Shown one piece after another: positions 29,530-39,252 of a DNA stretch of 64,000 bases (within the stretch, counting starts at the first letter, position 1; each line of letters starts with the position of its first letter). The stretch spans positions 1,088,001 through 1,152,000 of the forward strand of contig CAVYSW010000003.1 in the NCBI GenBank assembly GCA_963771275.1, read 5' to 3'. The notes beneath the pieces were generated by a model. That model saw only the letters and a program-made list of their open reading frames with translations. It was not told where the DNA came from and searched no databases. The position numbers were made by a program, and so were the translations under genes. The stretch is from an uncultured Gemmatimonadales bacterium (GTDB lineage Bacteria > Gemmatimonadota > Gemmatimonadetes > Gemmatimonadales > GWC2-71-9).

Positions 29530-30381
29530 CTAGTTGAACATCCATCGCCGGCCACCCCGCGCGGCCGCGTGAACGGCGTCCCCAAAGCGGCGTACTTCCT
29601 CGAGTCGCGCCTCGTCGAGCGGCCCGTCGAGCGCGGCGGCAACGTCCTCCCGGAGCTCCGCGGGCGTTCGCGCCGCGCATAGCGCCGTGTCCACGGCGGG
29701 ATGCGACAGGGCGAACCGATAGCAGTCGCCGGCGGGCATGCCCTGTGGGAAGCCGGCGCGCGGGACCGGCTGCAGCAGCATGCCCCACCGCGTCGCAGTG
29801 TAGGAGATGATGGCCGGCGTGCGCGTCCCCAGCGCGCCGAACACCTCGTCCTCAGCGCCGCGATGCGCCGCGTTGTAACGGATCATCAGCGTGTCCACGT
29901 CGAACTCGCGTGCGAGCGCCGCGGCGAGCCGCCGCTTGTGACACGAGAACCCGATGGCCCGCACCCTGCCCTGCTCCCGCAGTCGCCGCATCGCGGCCCA
30001 CGTCTTCCCGGTGAGGTACCACCGGGCCTGGACCCATCCGAGCAGGTAGATGTCCAGCGTGTCCACGCCGAGTGCTCTGGCGTGCCGCTCCCACCCGCGT
30101 CGCACGAACCCCCCCGTGGGAAGCCCCATCTCGGCGAGCAGCACGAGGTCATCGCGGTGCCCGGCGCGGATCAGCCGCCGCAGCCCCTCCACCAGGGGGG
30201 GCATCAGCAGCCAGTGAAACAGGAACGTGTTGATCCCGTGCTCGTAGAATGCCTGTTCGACGTCGGCGGCGGTGAGCTTGAGCCCGCGCGGGCCCGCCGC
30301 CCGCACCGAGCCGGCGCCGAGTGCGAGCGGCGTGACCTGGAGACCGGTTCGCCCGAACGGACGTGGCTGCAGGCGAGGCAT
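29530..30381 (-). CDS. Aldo/keto reductase family protein
   Basis: RPFGRTGLQVTPLALG, LGVDTLDIYLL, GRVRAIGFSCH, RYNAAHR; catalytic tetrad looks divergent. Confidence 0.8.
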   Translation of the reverse strand: MPRLQPRPFGRTGLQVTPLALGAGSVRAAGPRGLKLTAADVEQAFYEHGINTFLFHWLLMPPLVEGLRRLIRAGHRDDLVLLAEMGLPTGGFVRRGWERHARALGVDTLDIYLLGWVQARWYLTGKTWAAMRRLREQGRVRAIGFSCHKRRLAAALAREFDVDTLMIRYNAAHRGAEDEVFGALGTRTPAIISYTATRWGMLLQPVPRAGFPQGMPAGDCYRFALSHPAVDTALCAARTPAELREDVAAALDGPLDEARLEEVRRFGDAVHAAARGGRRWMFN

Positions 30382-30410
30382 GATCACCTCCGGGTGTCGC
30401 GTGGGCGGGA

Positions 30411-30866
30411 CTAGAAGCGCTCGCCCCGCGCTTCGCGCGCCCGACTGCCAACCGCGCGGATCCGCGCGCGGATGGCCCAGATGAAGAGGGCCAGACCGAC
30501 GACTTGTCCCAGACCGCAGCACAGGATGACCCAGCGAAGCCACCCGGGGCCGCCTGCGTCCCGTGCCACTTCGCCGGCAATCCGCCCCGCGGTGCCGAGT
30601 GTGAGCACCCAGTAGACCACCTCGATCTGCGCGGGGTGGTAGCGGGCGTCCTCCCGCGCGGGCCGCGGGAACAGCCAGAGCGCGACCCCCAGGATCATGA
30701 ACATCATGAAGCCCACGAGCAGCGCGTGCGTATGGGCCGAAACGAGGTACAGTCCCGGCCAGGCCCCCGATACCTCGCGTTGCACGAGCGCGTGCGCCCC
30801 GAGGAGCAGCCCGACGATCAGGAATCCGAATGCGGTCCAGATGAACCGCCGCGCCACACTATGCAT
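30411..30866 (-). CDS. Four-TM membrane protein with H-x-H motif (heme-copper oxidase subunit I/NnrS-like fragment family)
   Basis: SAHTHALLVGFMMFMILGVALWLFPR; four hydrophobic helices. Confidence 0.65.
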   Translation of the reverse strand: MHSVARRFIWTAFGFLIVGLLLGAHALVQREVSGAWPGLYLVSAHTHALLVGFMMFMILGVALWLFPRPAREDARYHPAQIEVVYWVLTLGTAGRIAGEVARDAGGPGWLRWVILCCGLGQVVGLALFIWAIRARIRAVGSRAREARGERF

Positions 30867-30873
30867 CGTTCCC

Positions 30874-31203
30874 TCAGACGCGGATCATCGCCAGCATCAT
30901 GCGGAATCGGCTGACCGCCCGCAATGCGTGGGGCGTGTTCGCCGGCATGAAGATCGCCTCGCCCGCGCCGACGCGGTGCGGCGTTCCGGCGATCGCGATC
31001 TCCGCCTCGCCGTCGAGTACGGACACTACGGCGTCGAACGGGGCTGTGTGCTCGCTCAGCTCCTGCCCCGCGTCGAACGCGAACACGGTGATCGATCCGG
31101 CCGGGCGCTTGACCAGCACCCGGCTCACGATCGCCTCCGCCTGGTAGTGCACCAGGTCGGCGAGCGCCCGGGGGCGGTCAAGTCCTGGCCCGTCCTCCCT
31201 CAT
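30874..31203 (-). CDS. Cupin domain protein
   Basis: FAFDAGQELSEHTAPFDA.V.VLDGE...MPANTPHAL; ATGA overlap with the upstream hydrolase. Confidence 0.9.
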   Translation of the reverse strand: MREDGPGLDRPRALADLVHYQAEAIVSRVLVKRPAGSITVFAFDAGQELSEHTAPFDAVVSVLDGEAEIAIAGTPHRVGAGEAIFMPANTPHALRAVSRFRMMLAMIRV

Positions 31204-33101
31204 CGGGACGCCCCCACGGGCATGACCAGCACCTCGAGCCGAGTGGGTCGCTCCGGGCTGCGGTACACGCGCATCGTGGCCGCGCGGTAATCGCTCGCCC
31301 GGGCTTCGAAGATGTTCGGCACGAACGTCTGCGGGTTCCGGTCGATGTAGGGGAACCACGAGCTCTGAATCTGCACCATGATGCGATGCCCCTTGCGGAA
31401 CGTGTAGTAGATGTCGGGCATCGTGAACCGCAGCGAGTCGGGGCGGTTGGGCACGAACGCGACCGGCCGCTCGAAGCCACGGCGGAACCGTCCGCGGAAC
31501 GGCTCACCACGCACCAGCTCCTGGTAACCGCTCATCACCAGGCTGGAATCGTCGGGATCCGGCGGCGTGTCGGCGGGCAGGACGTCGATCAGCTTCACCA
31601 CGAAGTCCGCGTCCGTGCCGCTGGTCGCCACGTGGAGCACGGGAGTCACCGGGCCCGCCATCGTGACGTCCTGGGTGAGCGGGTCCGTTTCGTAGACGAG
31701 CACGTCGGGCCGCTGGGCCGCGAAGCGCTGGTCGGCCGTCATGTACTCCCGCGGCATCCGGGATGCAATCCAGCCGATGAACGGAACCGGCTTTGCGGGA
31801 TCGCTGATGTACTGGTCGTACTCCGACACCCCCGCCCGGGGCGGCGGCACCTCGAAGGAGAGGTGCCCCCCGGGTTGCAGGTACAGCGCGCGGGGTGTGG
31901 CGGCGGCCGGCGGCCAGGCGCGTTCCCGGTGCCATGCGTTGGTGCCCCCCTCGAACACCAGCGCCTCGGAGAGGTCGGCCGGCGGAGCGTCCTTCAGGTA
32001 CTGCATGAAGAACGGGAACTGCACGCTGTCCTGGAAGAACCGGCTGGTCGGCGCCCCGAACCGCGCCTGACCGAGCCGCTCGCCGGCGTCGCGGTTCCAC
32101 TGACCGTGGTACCAGGGACCCATCACCAGCGTGTTGGTGGCTCCGGGACTTTGGCGCTCGATCGCCTGGTACGTGGCGAGTGCACCGTCAAGGTCTTCAG
32201 CGTCGTACCACCCGCCCACCACCAGCATGGCGGGCCGCATGTTCCGGAGATGCGGCCGCAGGTCCCGCTCCCTCCAGAACGCGTCGTAGTTCGGGTGCCG
32301 CGTGAGCTCGACGAACAGCGGCGCGGTGCCCCGGAAATAGCGGTCCTCGATGCTCGCCACCGGCACGAGGCCGAGGAAGAAGCTGTAGGTGTCCTCCATC
32401 CCGTCCGGTGCCGGGTACTGCGGGTCGGGGCCGGGCTCGGTGCGCGGCCCGCGCCCGAACCGCAGGTGGAACCCGAGGAAATGCACCAGCAGGAAGGCGC
32501 CGTTGTGAAACGCGTCGTCGCCGCGTGCGACATCCGTCATCGGCGCCTGAGGCGAGCACGCTACCAGCGCCGGGTGCGCGTCAATGCAGCTCTCGGACGT
32601 GTAGAACCCCGGGTAGGAAGTCCCGGTGATCCCCACGCGCCCATTGTTGCCCGGGATGTGCGTCACCAGCCAGTCGATCGTGTCGTACGCGTCGCTGCTC
32701 TCATCCACGTCTTGCGGGCCCCGTTTGACGGTGCGGAACGGTGTCATGTGGGTGAACGTCCCCCCGGACATCCATCGTCCGCGGACGTCCTGGTAGACGA
32801 AGATGAACCCCTCCCGCTGGAACTGCGCGGACGGACCGAGCGACGCTCGATACGCCTCTGCACCGTACGGCCCGACCCCGTACGGAGTCCGGGTCATGAG
32901 GATGGGGTAGGTCCGCGTCGTGTCCCGCGGCATGTACACCGTGGTGAACAGCTGCACCCCGTCCCGCATCGGGATCCGGTATTCGAGTTTCGCGTAGCTC
33001 GCCTGCACGGCGACCGCACCCGTCACTGGTGGAGGCGCTTGAGCCGCCAGGGTCAACGCCGGTACGATGATCGCCAGCATTGTTCTCACAACCGGGTGCA
33101 T
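31200..33101 (-). CDS. CocE/NonD family serine hydrolase (alpha-amino acid ester hydrolase-like)
   Basis: IPMRDGV.L.T, RTPY, QDVRGR..S.G, GTSYPG nucleophile, GGWYDAED, GPWYHG, QSSWFP.IDRNPQ; signal peptide. Confidence 0.93.
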   Translation of the reverse strand: MHPVVRTMLAIIVPALTLAAQAPPPVTGAVAVQASYAKLEYRIPMRDGVQLFTTVYMPRDTTRTYPILMTRTPYGVGPYGAEAYRASLGPSAQFQREGFIFVYQDVRGRWMSGGTFTHMTPFRTVKRGPQDVDESSDAYDTIDWLVTHIPGNNGRVGITGTSYPGFYTSESCIDAHPALVACSPQAPMTDVARGDDAFHNGAFLLVHFLGFHLRFGRGPRTEPGPDPQYPAPDGMEDTYSFFLGLVPVASIEDRYFRGTAPLFVELTRHPNYDAFWRERDLRPHLRNMRPAMLVVGGWYDAEDLDGALATYQAIERQSPGATNTLVMGPWYHGQWNRDAGERLGQARFGAPTSRFFQDSVQFPFFMQYLKDAPPADLSEALVFEGGTNAWHRERAWPPAAATPRALYLQPGGHLSFEVPPPRAGVSEYDQYISDPAKPVPFIGWIASRMPREYMTADQRFAAQRPDVLVYETDPLTQDVTMAGPVTPVLHVATSGTDADFVVKLIDVLPADTPPDPDDSSLVMSGYQELVRGEPFRGRFRRGFERPVAFVPNRPDSLRFTMPDIYYTFRKGHRIMVQIQSSWFPYIDRNPQTFVPNIFEARASDYRAATMRVYRSPERPTRLEVLVMPVGASR

Positions 33102-33242
33102 ACGGGGCTCCTTCGCTCGGGCGCTGCGCGCCACACGTCCGGATCGACACCCCCGCTTGGGCGCCTGGAAGCCGGTGAGCCGGACTCTGCAATATGCGCA
33201 GCTAGCCCTCGTCATGGTTCCGGCCCCCCAGAGCCCGCAGTC

Positions 33243-33287
33243 CTTCACTCGGGCTTCATGAAGCCTTCAGGCCGGTCCGGCGATGAT
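33243..33287 (+). promoter_or_regulatory. Putative response-regulator operator (three CTTCA direct repeats, 11-bp period) with a weak -10
   Basis: CTTCA at 33243, 33254 and 33265; overlapping perfect palindrome GGCTTCATGAAGCC 33252-33265; GATGAT 33282-33287. Confidence 0.5.
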
Positions 33288-33304
33288 CACACCGGGAGGG
33301 AATC

Positions 33305-33550
33305 ATGTCCAGGTCCATGACAGAGGCCGAGCTGTTCGCGCGCTGTACGCCCAACCTGACGCCACGTGTGCTCCCGACCGTGAGTGCGCGCGTCTACTGT
33401 CCGGAAACGACGGAGATCAACCGCATTCAGGTCGCCATGGACCCCGTGACCGGCCGGCCGGCCGTCGTCTCGTGCTCGTCGGGCGACCTCACCTGCGAGC
33501 AGGTGTGCCTGGTGCCGGTGGACGGAGCGGAACCTCGCCCGGAGTCGTGA
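33305..33550 (+). CDS. Small Cys-containing hypothetical protein
   Basis: SD GGGAGG; 81 aa; VYCPE...V.SCS....TCEQVCL; typical codon usage. Confidence 0.7.
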   Translation: MSRSMTEAELFARCTPNLTPRVLPTVSARVYCPETTEINRIQVAMDPVTGRPAVVSCSSGDLTCEQVCLVPVDGAEPRPES

Positions 33551-33640
33551 TCGGGTCGAGCCGCCGGCGGACGGTGCCCTCTGCGCACAGCGTCGGCCCG
33601 TTGCAACCTACCCTCAATTACCGAATCGCCGAGGTGTTCG

Positions 33641-34690
33641 ATGGCCGGGATCGTGGGCTATGGCGCGTTCATCCCGCGCAACCGCATCAAGAGCGAGGAG
33701 ATCGCCCGCCAGTGGGGCAAGGACCCGGAGGTGGTCCGTCGGGGCCTGCTGCTGCAGGAGAAGTCGGTTCCGGGGCTTGACGAGGATACCATCACGATTT
33801 CGGTCGAGGCCGGACGCGCGGCGATCGAGCGCGCCGGGATCGACCCCGCGCGCGTGGGCGCGCTCTACATCGGCTCGGAGTCGCATCCGTACGCGGTGAA
33901 GCCGAGCGGGACGGTGGTGGTGGATGCTCTGGGCATCGGACCTGATGTCCACGTGGCGGACTTCGAGTTCGCCTGCAAGGCCGGCACCGAGGCGATGTTC
34001 GTAGCCCTCGCGGCCGTGGAGTCGGGCCGCGTCGAGTACGCCATGGGGATCGGGGCCGACACCTCCCAAGGTGCCCCTAATGACGCGCTCGAGTTCTCCG
34101 CGTCGGCCGGTGGCGCCGCGTATCTGTTCGGCAAGAAGAACCTGCTGGTCGACGTGCTGGACACCTACAGCTATACCAGCGACACGCCGGACTTCTGGCG
34201 GCGTGAGGGGCAGTTCTACCCGCGCCACGGCGGCCGCTTCACCGGCGAGCCCGCGTACTTCAAGCACGTCGGCGCGGCGGCGCGCGCCATTCTCGAGCGC
34301 ACCGGGCTGAAGCCCAAGGACTTCAAGTACGCCGTCTTCCACATGCCGAACGGCAAGTTCCCGCTCGCGATCGGGAAAGAGCTCGGCTTCTCGAAGCAGC
34401 AGCTCGAGACGGGCTGGATCGTCCCGACCATGGGGAACACGTATTCCGGTTCCTCGCCCACGGGCCTCGCCGCAATTCTCGACGTCGCGGCCCCCGGCGA
34501 CCTGATCTTCCTCACGTCGTTCGGATCCGGCGCCGGGAGCGATTCGTTCGTGTTCAAGGCAACCGAGCTCCTGCCGGAGCGCCGGGATCGCGCGCCCACC
34601 GTGCGTGCGATGCTCGATGGGTGGCGTCGCTATCTCAACTACGGCGAGTACGCCAAGTACCGCGAGAAGATCCTGCTCAACGACCAATGA
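33641..34690 (+). CDS. Hydroxymethylglutaryl-CoA synthase, archaeal type
   Basis: [27 protein letters not shown] (Glu), EFACKAGT (Cys), [13 protein letters not shown] [27 protein letters not shown] (His), [15 protein letters not shown]. Confidence 0.92.
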   Translation: MAGIVGYGAFIPRNRIKSEEIARQWGKDPEVVRRGLLLQEKSVPGLDEDTITISVEAGRAAIERAGIDPARVGALYIGSESHPYAVKPSGTVVVDALGIGPDVHVADFEFACKAGTEAMFVALAAVESGRVEYAMGIGADTSQGAPNDALEFSASAGGAAYLFGKKNLLVDVLDTYSYTSDTPDFWRREGQFYPRHGGRFTGEPAYFKHVGAAARAILERTGLKPKDFKYAVFHMPNGKFPLAIGKELGFSKQQLETGWIVPTMGNTYSGSSPTGLAAILDVAAPGDLIFLTSFGSGAGSDSFVFKATELLPERRDRAPTVRAMLDGWRRYLNYGEYAKYREKILLNDQ

Positions 34691-34701
34691 CTGGAGGTCC
34701 C

Positions 34702-35850
34702 ATGCGCGATGTCGCCATCGTCGCAGCGGGAATGACGCAATTCGGTGAGCTGTGGCAGCTGAGCCTGCGCGACCTGTTCGTCGAGGCCGCGCTCGAAGCG
34801 ATGCGGAACGCGCGGGTGGACCACTTGGATGCCATCTACGTCGGCAACATGTCCGGCGGGCAGTTCGTCGGCCAGGAGCATGTGGGACCGCTGATGGCCG
34901 ACCACCTGGGCATGCGCGGGGTGCCGACCACGCGGGTCGAGTCCGCCTGCGCGTCGGGCGGCGTGGCGCTGCGCTCGGCGTTCTTCGAGGTCGCCTCCGG
35001 CATGAGCGACCTCGTGCTGGCCGCCGGCGTCGAGAAAATGAACGACGGCGCGGACGTCACGAACGTCCTCGCCTCGGCCGCGGACCAGGAGACCGAGGTC
35101 TATCACGGGATCACGTTCCCCGGGCTGTACGCCATGATCGCCCGCGCTCACATGCAGGCGCACGGCACCACGCTCGAGGACCTGGCCGCGGTCTCGGTCA
35201 AGAACCACCGCCACGGCGCGATGAACCCGAAAGCCCAGTTCCGCCAGGAAGTGACCATGGAACAGGTGATGGCGTCGTCGCTGGTCGCCGATCCGTTGCG
35301 CCTGCTCCACTGCTCCCCGGTGAGCGACGGCGCGGCGGCCGTGCTGCTGTGCCCGCTGTCCCGGGCCAAGGAGTTCACCGACCGCCCGGTCAAGATCCGG
35401 GCGAGCGGCTTCGCCACCTCGTCCATGGCCCTTGCCGATCGGCCCGACCCCGCGTTCCTCGACGCCGTGAGCCTGGCGTCCGGCCGGGCCTACGAGATGG
35501 CGCACCTGGGCCCGGCCCAGATCGACGTAGCCGAGGTGCACGACTGCTTCGCCATCGCCGAGATCTGCGTGCTCGAGGCCCTGTGCTTCACCGAGCGCGG
35601 CCGCGGCGCCGAGGCCGCGCGCACCGGTGAGACCGCCCTGGGCGGACGGCTTCCGGTGAACACCAGCGGGGGGCTCAAGTCCAAGGGCCACCCGGTGGGC
35701 GCCACCGGCGTGGCGCAGGTGATCGAGATCTTCGAGCAGCTTCGCGGCGAGGCGGGCGACCGTCAGGTGAAGGACGCCGCCATCGGGCTGGCGCAGAACA
35801 TGGGTGGATCGGGCGCGAGCTCGGTCGTGCACATCTTCGAGAGGGTCTAG
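34702..35850 (+). CDS. Acetyl-CoA acetyltransferase (archaeal/SCP2-type thiolase)
   Basis: [53 protein letters not shown]. Confidence 0.93.
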   Translation: MRDVAIVAAGMTQFGELWQLSLRDLFVEAALEAMRNARVDHLDAIYVGNMSGGQFVGQEHVGPLMADHLGMRGVPTTRVESACASGGVALRSAFFEVASGMSDLVLAAGVEKMNDGADVTNVLASAADQETEVYHGITFPGLYAMIARAHMQAHGTTLEDLAAVSVKNHRHGAMNPKAQFRQEVTMEQVMASSLVADPLRLLHCSPVSDGAAAVLLCPLSRAKEFTDRPVKIRASGFATSSMALADRPDPAFLDAVSLASGRAYEMAHLGPAQIDVAEVHDCFAIAEICVLEALCFTERGRGAEAARTGETALGGRLPVNTSGGLKSKGHPVGATGVAQVIEIFEQLRGEAGDRQVKDAAIGLAQNMGGSGASSVVHIFERV

Positions 35851-35852
35851 CC

Positions 35853-36245
35853 ATGCCAAGTCCTCGATACTGGCGCGAGATCCCCACCCGGCTGCGGCTG
35901 GAAGCCGGGCGATGCCTCGATTGCGGGAAGACCGTCTACCCCGCGCGGAAGATCTGCCCCGGCTGCGGCGGAGCGCGGTTCGAGCGGACCAACCTGTCGC
36001 GCGAGGGCAAGGTGGTCACCTCCACCGTGATCCACATCGCGCCGCCCGAGTTCCAGATGGAGGCTCCGTACGCCATCGCGATCGTGGAGACCGCCGAAGG
36101 CGCGCGCCTCATGGTGCAGGTGGTGGACTGCGACCCTGATGCCGTCGGTCCCGGCATGGATGTCGCGCTGGAGTTCCGCCGCATCCGGAAGGAAGGCAGG
36201 AGCGGCATTCTCTGCTACGGCCACAAGGCGGTGCCGGTGCGGTAG
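35853..36245 (+). CDS. DUF35 Zn-ribbon/OB-fold protein (thiolase-HMGCS scaffold)
   Basis: CLDCG...YP...CPGCG zinc ribbon; OB fold; FRRI...G...YG.K. Confidence 0.92.
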   Translation: MPSPRYWREIPTRLRLEAGRCLDCGKTVYPARKICPGCGGARFERTNLSREGKVVTSTVIHIAPPEFQMEAPYAIAIVETAEGARLMVQVVDCDPDAVGPGMDVALEFRRIRKEGRSGILCYGHKAVPVR

Positions 36246-36398
36246 GGAACCTCCGCGCAAGCCTCGCGGGCGTCCCTCCGGCCGCTGGAGTTCGCGAGTA
36301 GGGAAGGCTGGAGTCCTGGGAACCGCTCACTAACGCGTCCTCCGGGCCCCACGCTGGCGACTTGTGCAGGGCGTTCTTAGGACCGGCCGGGAGGCGCG

Positions 36399-36575
36399 AT
36401 GCACAGCGTTCAGGTGTTGGCCGAGTTGAGTGACGAGATGTACCACGCCTACGAGGGCGAGGCGGCGCGGCGGGGCGTGAGCGTCGAGTCGCTGATTCAG
36501 CAGACCGTGAACTGCCTGCTACAGGAGCTGGAACAGGAGGAGCTGGAAGGGACCGACTGCATTTCGCCGTCCTGA
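36399..36575 (+). CDS. Small protein (58 aa), ribbon-helix-helix-like; absent from the ORF track
   Basis: SD GGGAGG 36389-36394; MHSVQVLAELSDEMYHAYEGEAARRGVSVESLIQQTVNCLLQELEQEELEGTDCISPS. Confidence 0.7.
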   Translation: MHSVQVLAELSDEMYHAYEGEAARRGVSVESLIQQTVNCLLQELEQEELEGTDCISPS

Positions 36576-36600
36576 TCTTCCATGGTGCGCTACGGGCGCC

Positions 36601-37953
36601 TCACGGCGCCCCCGCACCTCCCCGTGCGCGCGCTGCCGCCTCCTCCAGCAGTCGATCCAGCGCGTTCCGATCGAACAACACGCCGTTCAAGACCACGGCC
36701 GCGATCCGGCGCGTGTGGCGAATGTCGTCCAGCGGGTTGGCCTCGAGCAGCACGAGGTCCGCGAGCTTGCCGGGTGCGACTGCGCCGAGCGAGTCCACTG
36801 CGTCGAGATAGGTGGCGGCATTGAGGGTCGCCGTCTGGAGCGCCTCGAGCGGCGTGAGTCCCGCGTCCACCAGCAGGGCCAGCTCATCGTGCAGCGTGAA
36901 GCCGGCGAAGGCGAACCGATCACCAGCGTCGGTGCCGGCCAGCAAGGGGAGCCCGGCGGCGTGTAGTGCCGACGCGAGTGCGCGCTCCCGGGCGGTCCGA
37001 TTGAGCAGTCGGGCTCTCTCCTCGAGAGATCGTGCCCGAGCCGCGTCGCGGGCCCGCAGCCAGAAGCCCCGTACGATCTCCGGCATGTACCGGAGAAGGG
37101 TGGTGTCCACCACGCGCTCGTCGTAGCCCAGCGCGCCGGCCCGCCTGACGGCAAGCGTCGGCGTGTTCCAGGTTCCGTGCCTGCGGAACGCGGCGAACAC
37201 GCTGTCGCAGGCCCCGGCCACCGTGGGGTCGCACAGGCCGCCCAGCTCGCTCCGCAGATGCTCGACACTCTTCATCCCGGCATCGGCGGCTTCGACCGGC
37301 GTCACCTCCGCCGGCACGTGGCCGGCCACGGGAAGGCCGTGCTGCCGCGCCGCGCCGACCACGCTGAAGAACGCGGCGCGCGGGAGCAGCGTGTAGACCT
37401 TGATGAAATCCACGCCGGCCCGGGCCAGCGAGTCCACCGCGACACGAGCGCCCGCCGAATCACCGATCGCCATCGAGATGCTGGGATCCACCGGCTCAGG
37501 ACCATCGAGAATCGGCCCGGCGGCCACGACGCGCGGCCCCACCACCATGCCGGCTCGCACGTCGGAGCGTCCGGCGAGCATCTGCGCGAGCGAGGCCCCC
37601 ATGTCCCGAATCCCCGTGACGCCGTTGGCCACGAACAGCGGGAAGAACGTGGCGCGCACCGCCGGATCCCACAGCGCGTGCACGTGCATGTCCCACAAGC
37701 CGGGGATGAGGTACTTCCCGCGGCCCTCCACCACCGTCGCGGATCGCGGCACGCGCACCGCGTCAGCGGGGCCGATCGTGCGGACGTGCCGACCCGCCAC
37801 GAGCAGCGTCACGTCTGCCCGAGAGGGCCCGCCCGCGACGTCGATCATGGTCACGTGCGTGATCGCGAGGGTGACCGGCTCCCTGGCGCAGCCCGCGGCA
37901 ACGAGGATCGCGGCGATCAGCGCCACCCATCCTGATTCGACATGCCTTGCCAT
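36601..37953 (-). CDS. Amidohydrolase family lipoprotein
   Basis: Lipobox AAG-C; PGLWDMHVH, GVTGIRD, DFIKVY, AGH, EH, AGTD, GKLADLVLL. Confidence 0.92.
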   Translation of the reverse strand: MARHVESGWVALIAAILVAAGCAREPVTLAITHVTMIDVAGGPSRADVTLLVAGRHVRTIGPADAVRVPRSATVVEGRGKYLIPGLWDMHVHALWDPAVRATFFPLFVANGVTGIRDMGASLAQMLAGRSDVRAGMVVGPRVVAAGPILDGPEPVDPSISMAIGDSAGARVAVDSLARAGVDFIKVYTLLPRAAFFSVVGAARQHGLPVAGHVPAEVTPVEAADAGMKSVEHLRSELGGLCDPTVAGACDSVFAAFRRHGTWNTPTLAVRRAGALGYDERVVDTTLLRYMPEIVRGFWLRARDAARARSLEERARLLNRTARERALASALHAAGLPLLAGTDAGDRFAFAGFTLHDELALLVDAGLTPLEALQTATLNAATYLDAVDSLGAVAPGKLADLVLLEANPLDDIRHTRRIAAVVLNGVLFDRNALDRLLEEAAARARGGAGAP

Positions 37954-37986
37954 CGGGTTCCTCCCCTGTCATCCTGCTGTACCCTC

Positions 37987-39220
37987 ATGCCACCCTCGAA
38001 CCCGCTTCACGACAAGTGGCGCACCCTGCTCCTGCTCTCGGCCGGCGAGCTGCTGGTCATGGGACTGTGGTTCTCCGCCACGGCGGTCCTCCCGGCGCTC
38101 CAGGCCCAGTGGGGGATCACCCGGGCGGAAGCCGCCTGGCTCACCATGGCTGTCCAGCTCGGCTTCGTCGCGGGGGCCGTGCTCAGCGCCCTCTTCAACG
38201 TTCCCGATCTCTGGGAGCCGCGCCATGTCCTGGCGCTCGGAGCGGCCGCCGGCGCGGTCCTCACGGCCGCGATCCCCGCTCTCGGAGTTGGGTTCCGCGC
38301 AGCGGTGCATCCTGCGCTTCGGCACCGGAATGGCCCTGGCCCTGGTGTACCCCGTCGGCATGAAGATCATGGCCACCTGGACCAGGGAAGATCGCGGTCT
38401 GGGCATCGGGCTCCTGGTCGGAGCGCTCACCGTGGGCTCGGCCTCGCCGCACTTGATCCGGGCCGCGGGCGGCATCGGGAGCCCGGACTTCGTGCTCTAC
38501 ACCGCAGCCGCCCTGGCCAGCGTCGGTGCCCTGATCGCCCTCCGGTTCGGCCGGCTGGGACCGTACCGGGCGGCCGTACCGCGGTTCGCCTGGCGCCAGC
38601 TCGGCCGCGCGTTTCTCAATCGCCCGCTCCGCCTCGCCAACATTGGCTACCTCGGCCACATGTGGGAGCTCTACGCCATGTGGACGTGGATCCCGCTGTA
38701 TCTCGCCGCGGCGTACCGCGGAGCCCGGCCCGGCACCGACGACCAGGACCGAGACGCTCGCGGCCGTCGCGGCCTTCGCGGTGATCGCGGCGGGCGGACT
38801 CGGCAGCCTCCTGGCCGGCCATCTCGCCGACCGCTGGGGCCGCTGCAACACCACCATGCTCAGCATGGTGACGAGCGGCGCGTGCGCGCTCGGCATCGGG
38901 GGCCTCTTCCCGTACCCCGCGCTGGTCACCACGTGGCGTTGATCTGGGGCTTCGCCGTGGTCGCCGACTCGGCGCAATTCTCCACCAGCGTAAGCGAGCT
39001 CGCCGACCCGGAGTACATGGGAACCCAACTCACCACGCAGACCTCCATGGGCTTCCTGCTGACGTTGGCGTCGATCCAGCTCGTGCCGGTCGTCACGGAT
39101 CTGGTGGGGTGGCGCTGGACGTTCGCGTTTCTCGCCATCGGTCCGGCGGTGGGGACGTGGGGGATGTGGCTGCTCAAGCGTGCCCCGGAAGCCGTTCGAC
39201 TGGCCGGCGGGCGGCGCTGA
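37987..39220 (+). pseudogene. MFS transporter split by three frameshifts (pseudogene or assembly indels)
   Basis: A continuous MFS protein (LWFSATAV, LRFGTGMALALVYPVGMK, GYLGHMWELYAMW, GHLADRWGR, VADSAQFS) requires frame changes at ~38308, ~38747 and ~38932. Confidence 0.85.
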
Positions 39221-39252
39221 GTCTCAGCGCCGGCCTGCCGGCCCCCCGCACC

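Noticed and set aside
36355..36368. TGGCGACTTGTGCA as a sigma54 promoter
   Set aside because: GG-GC spacing is 8 nt, not 10
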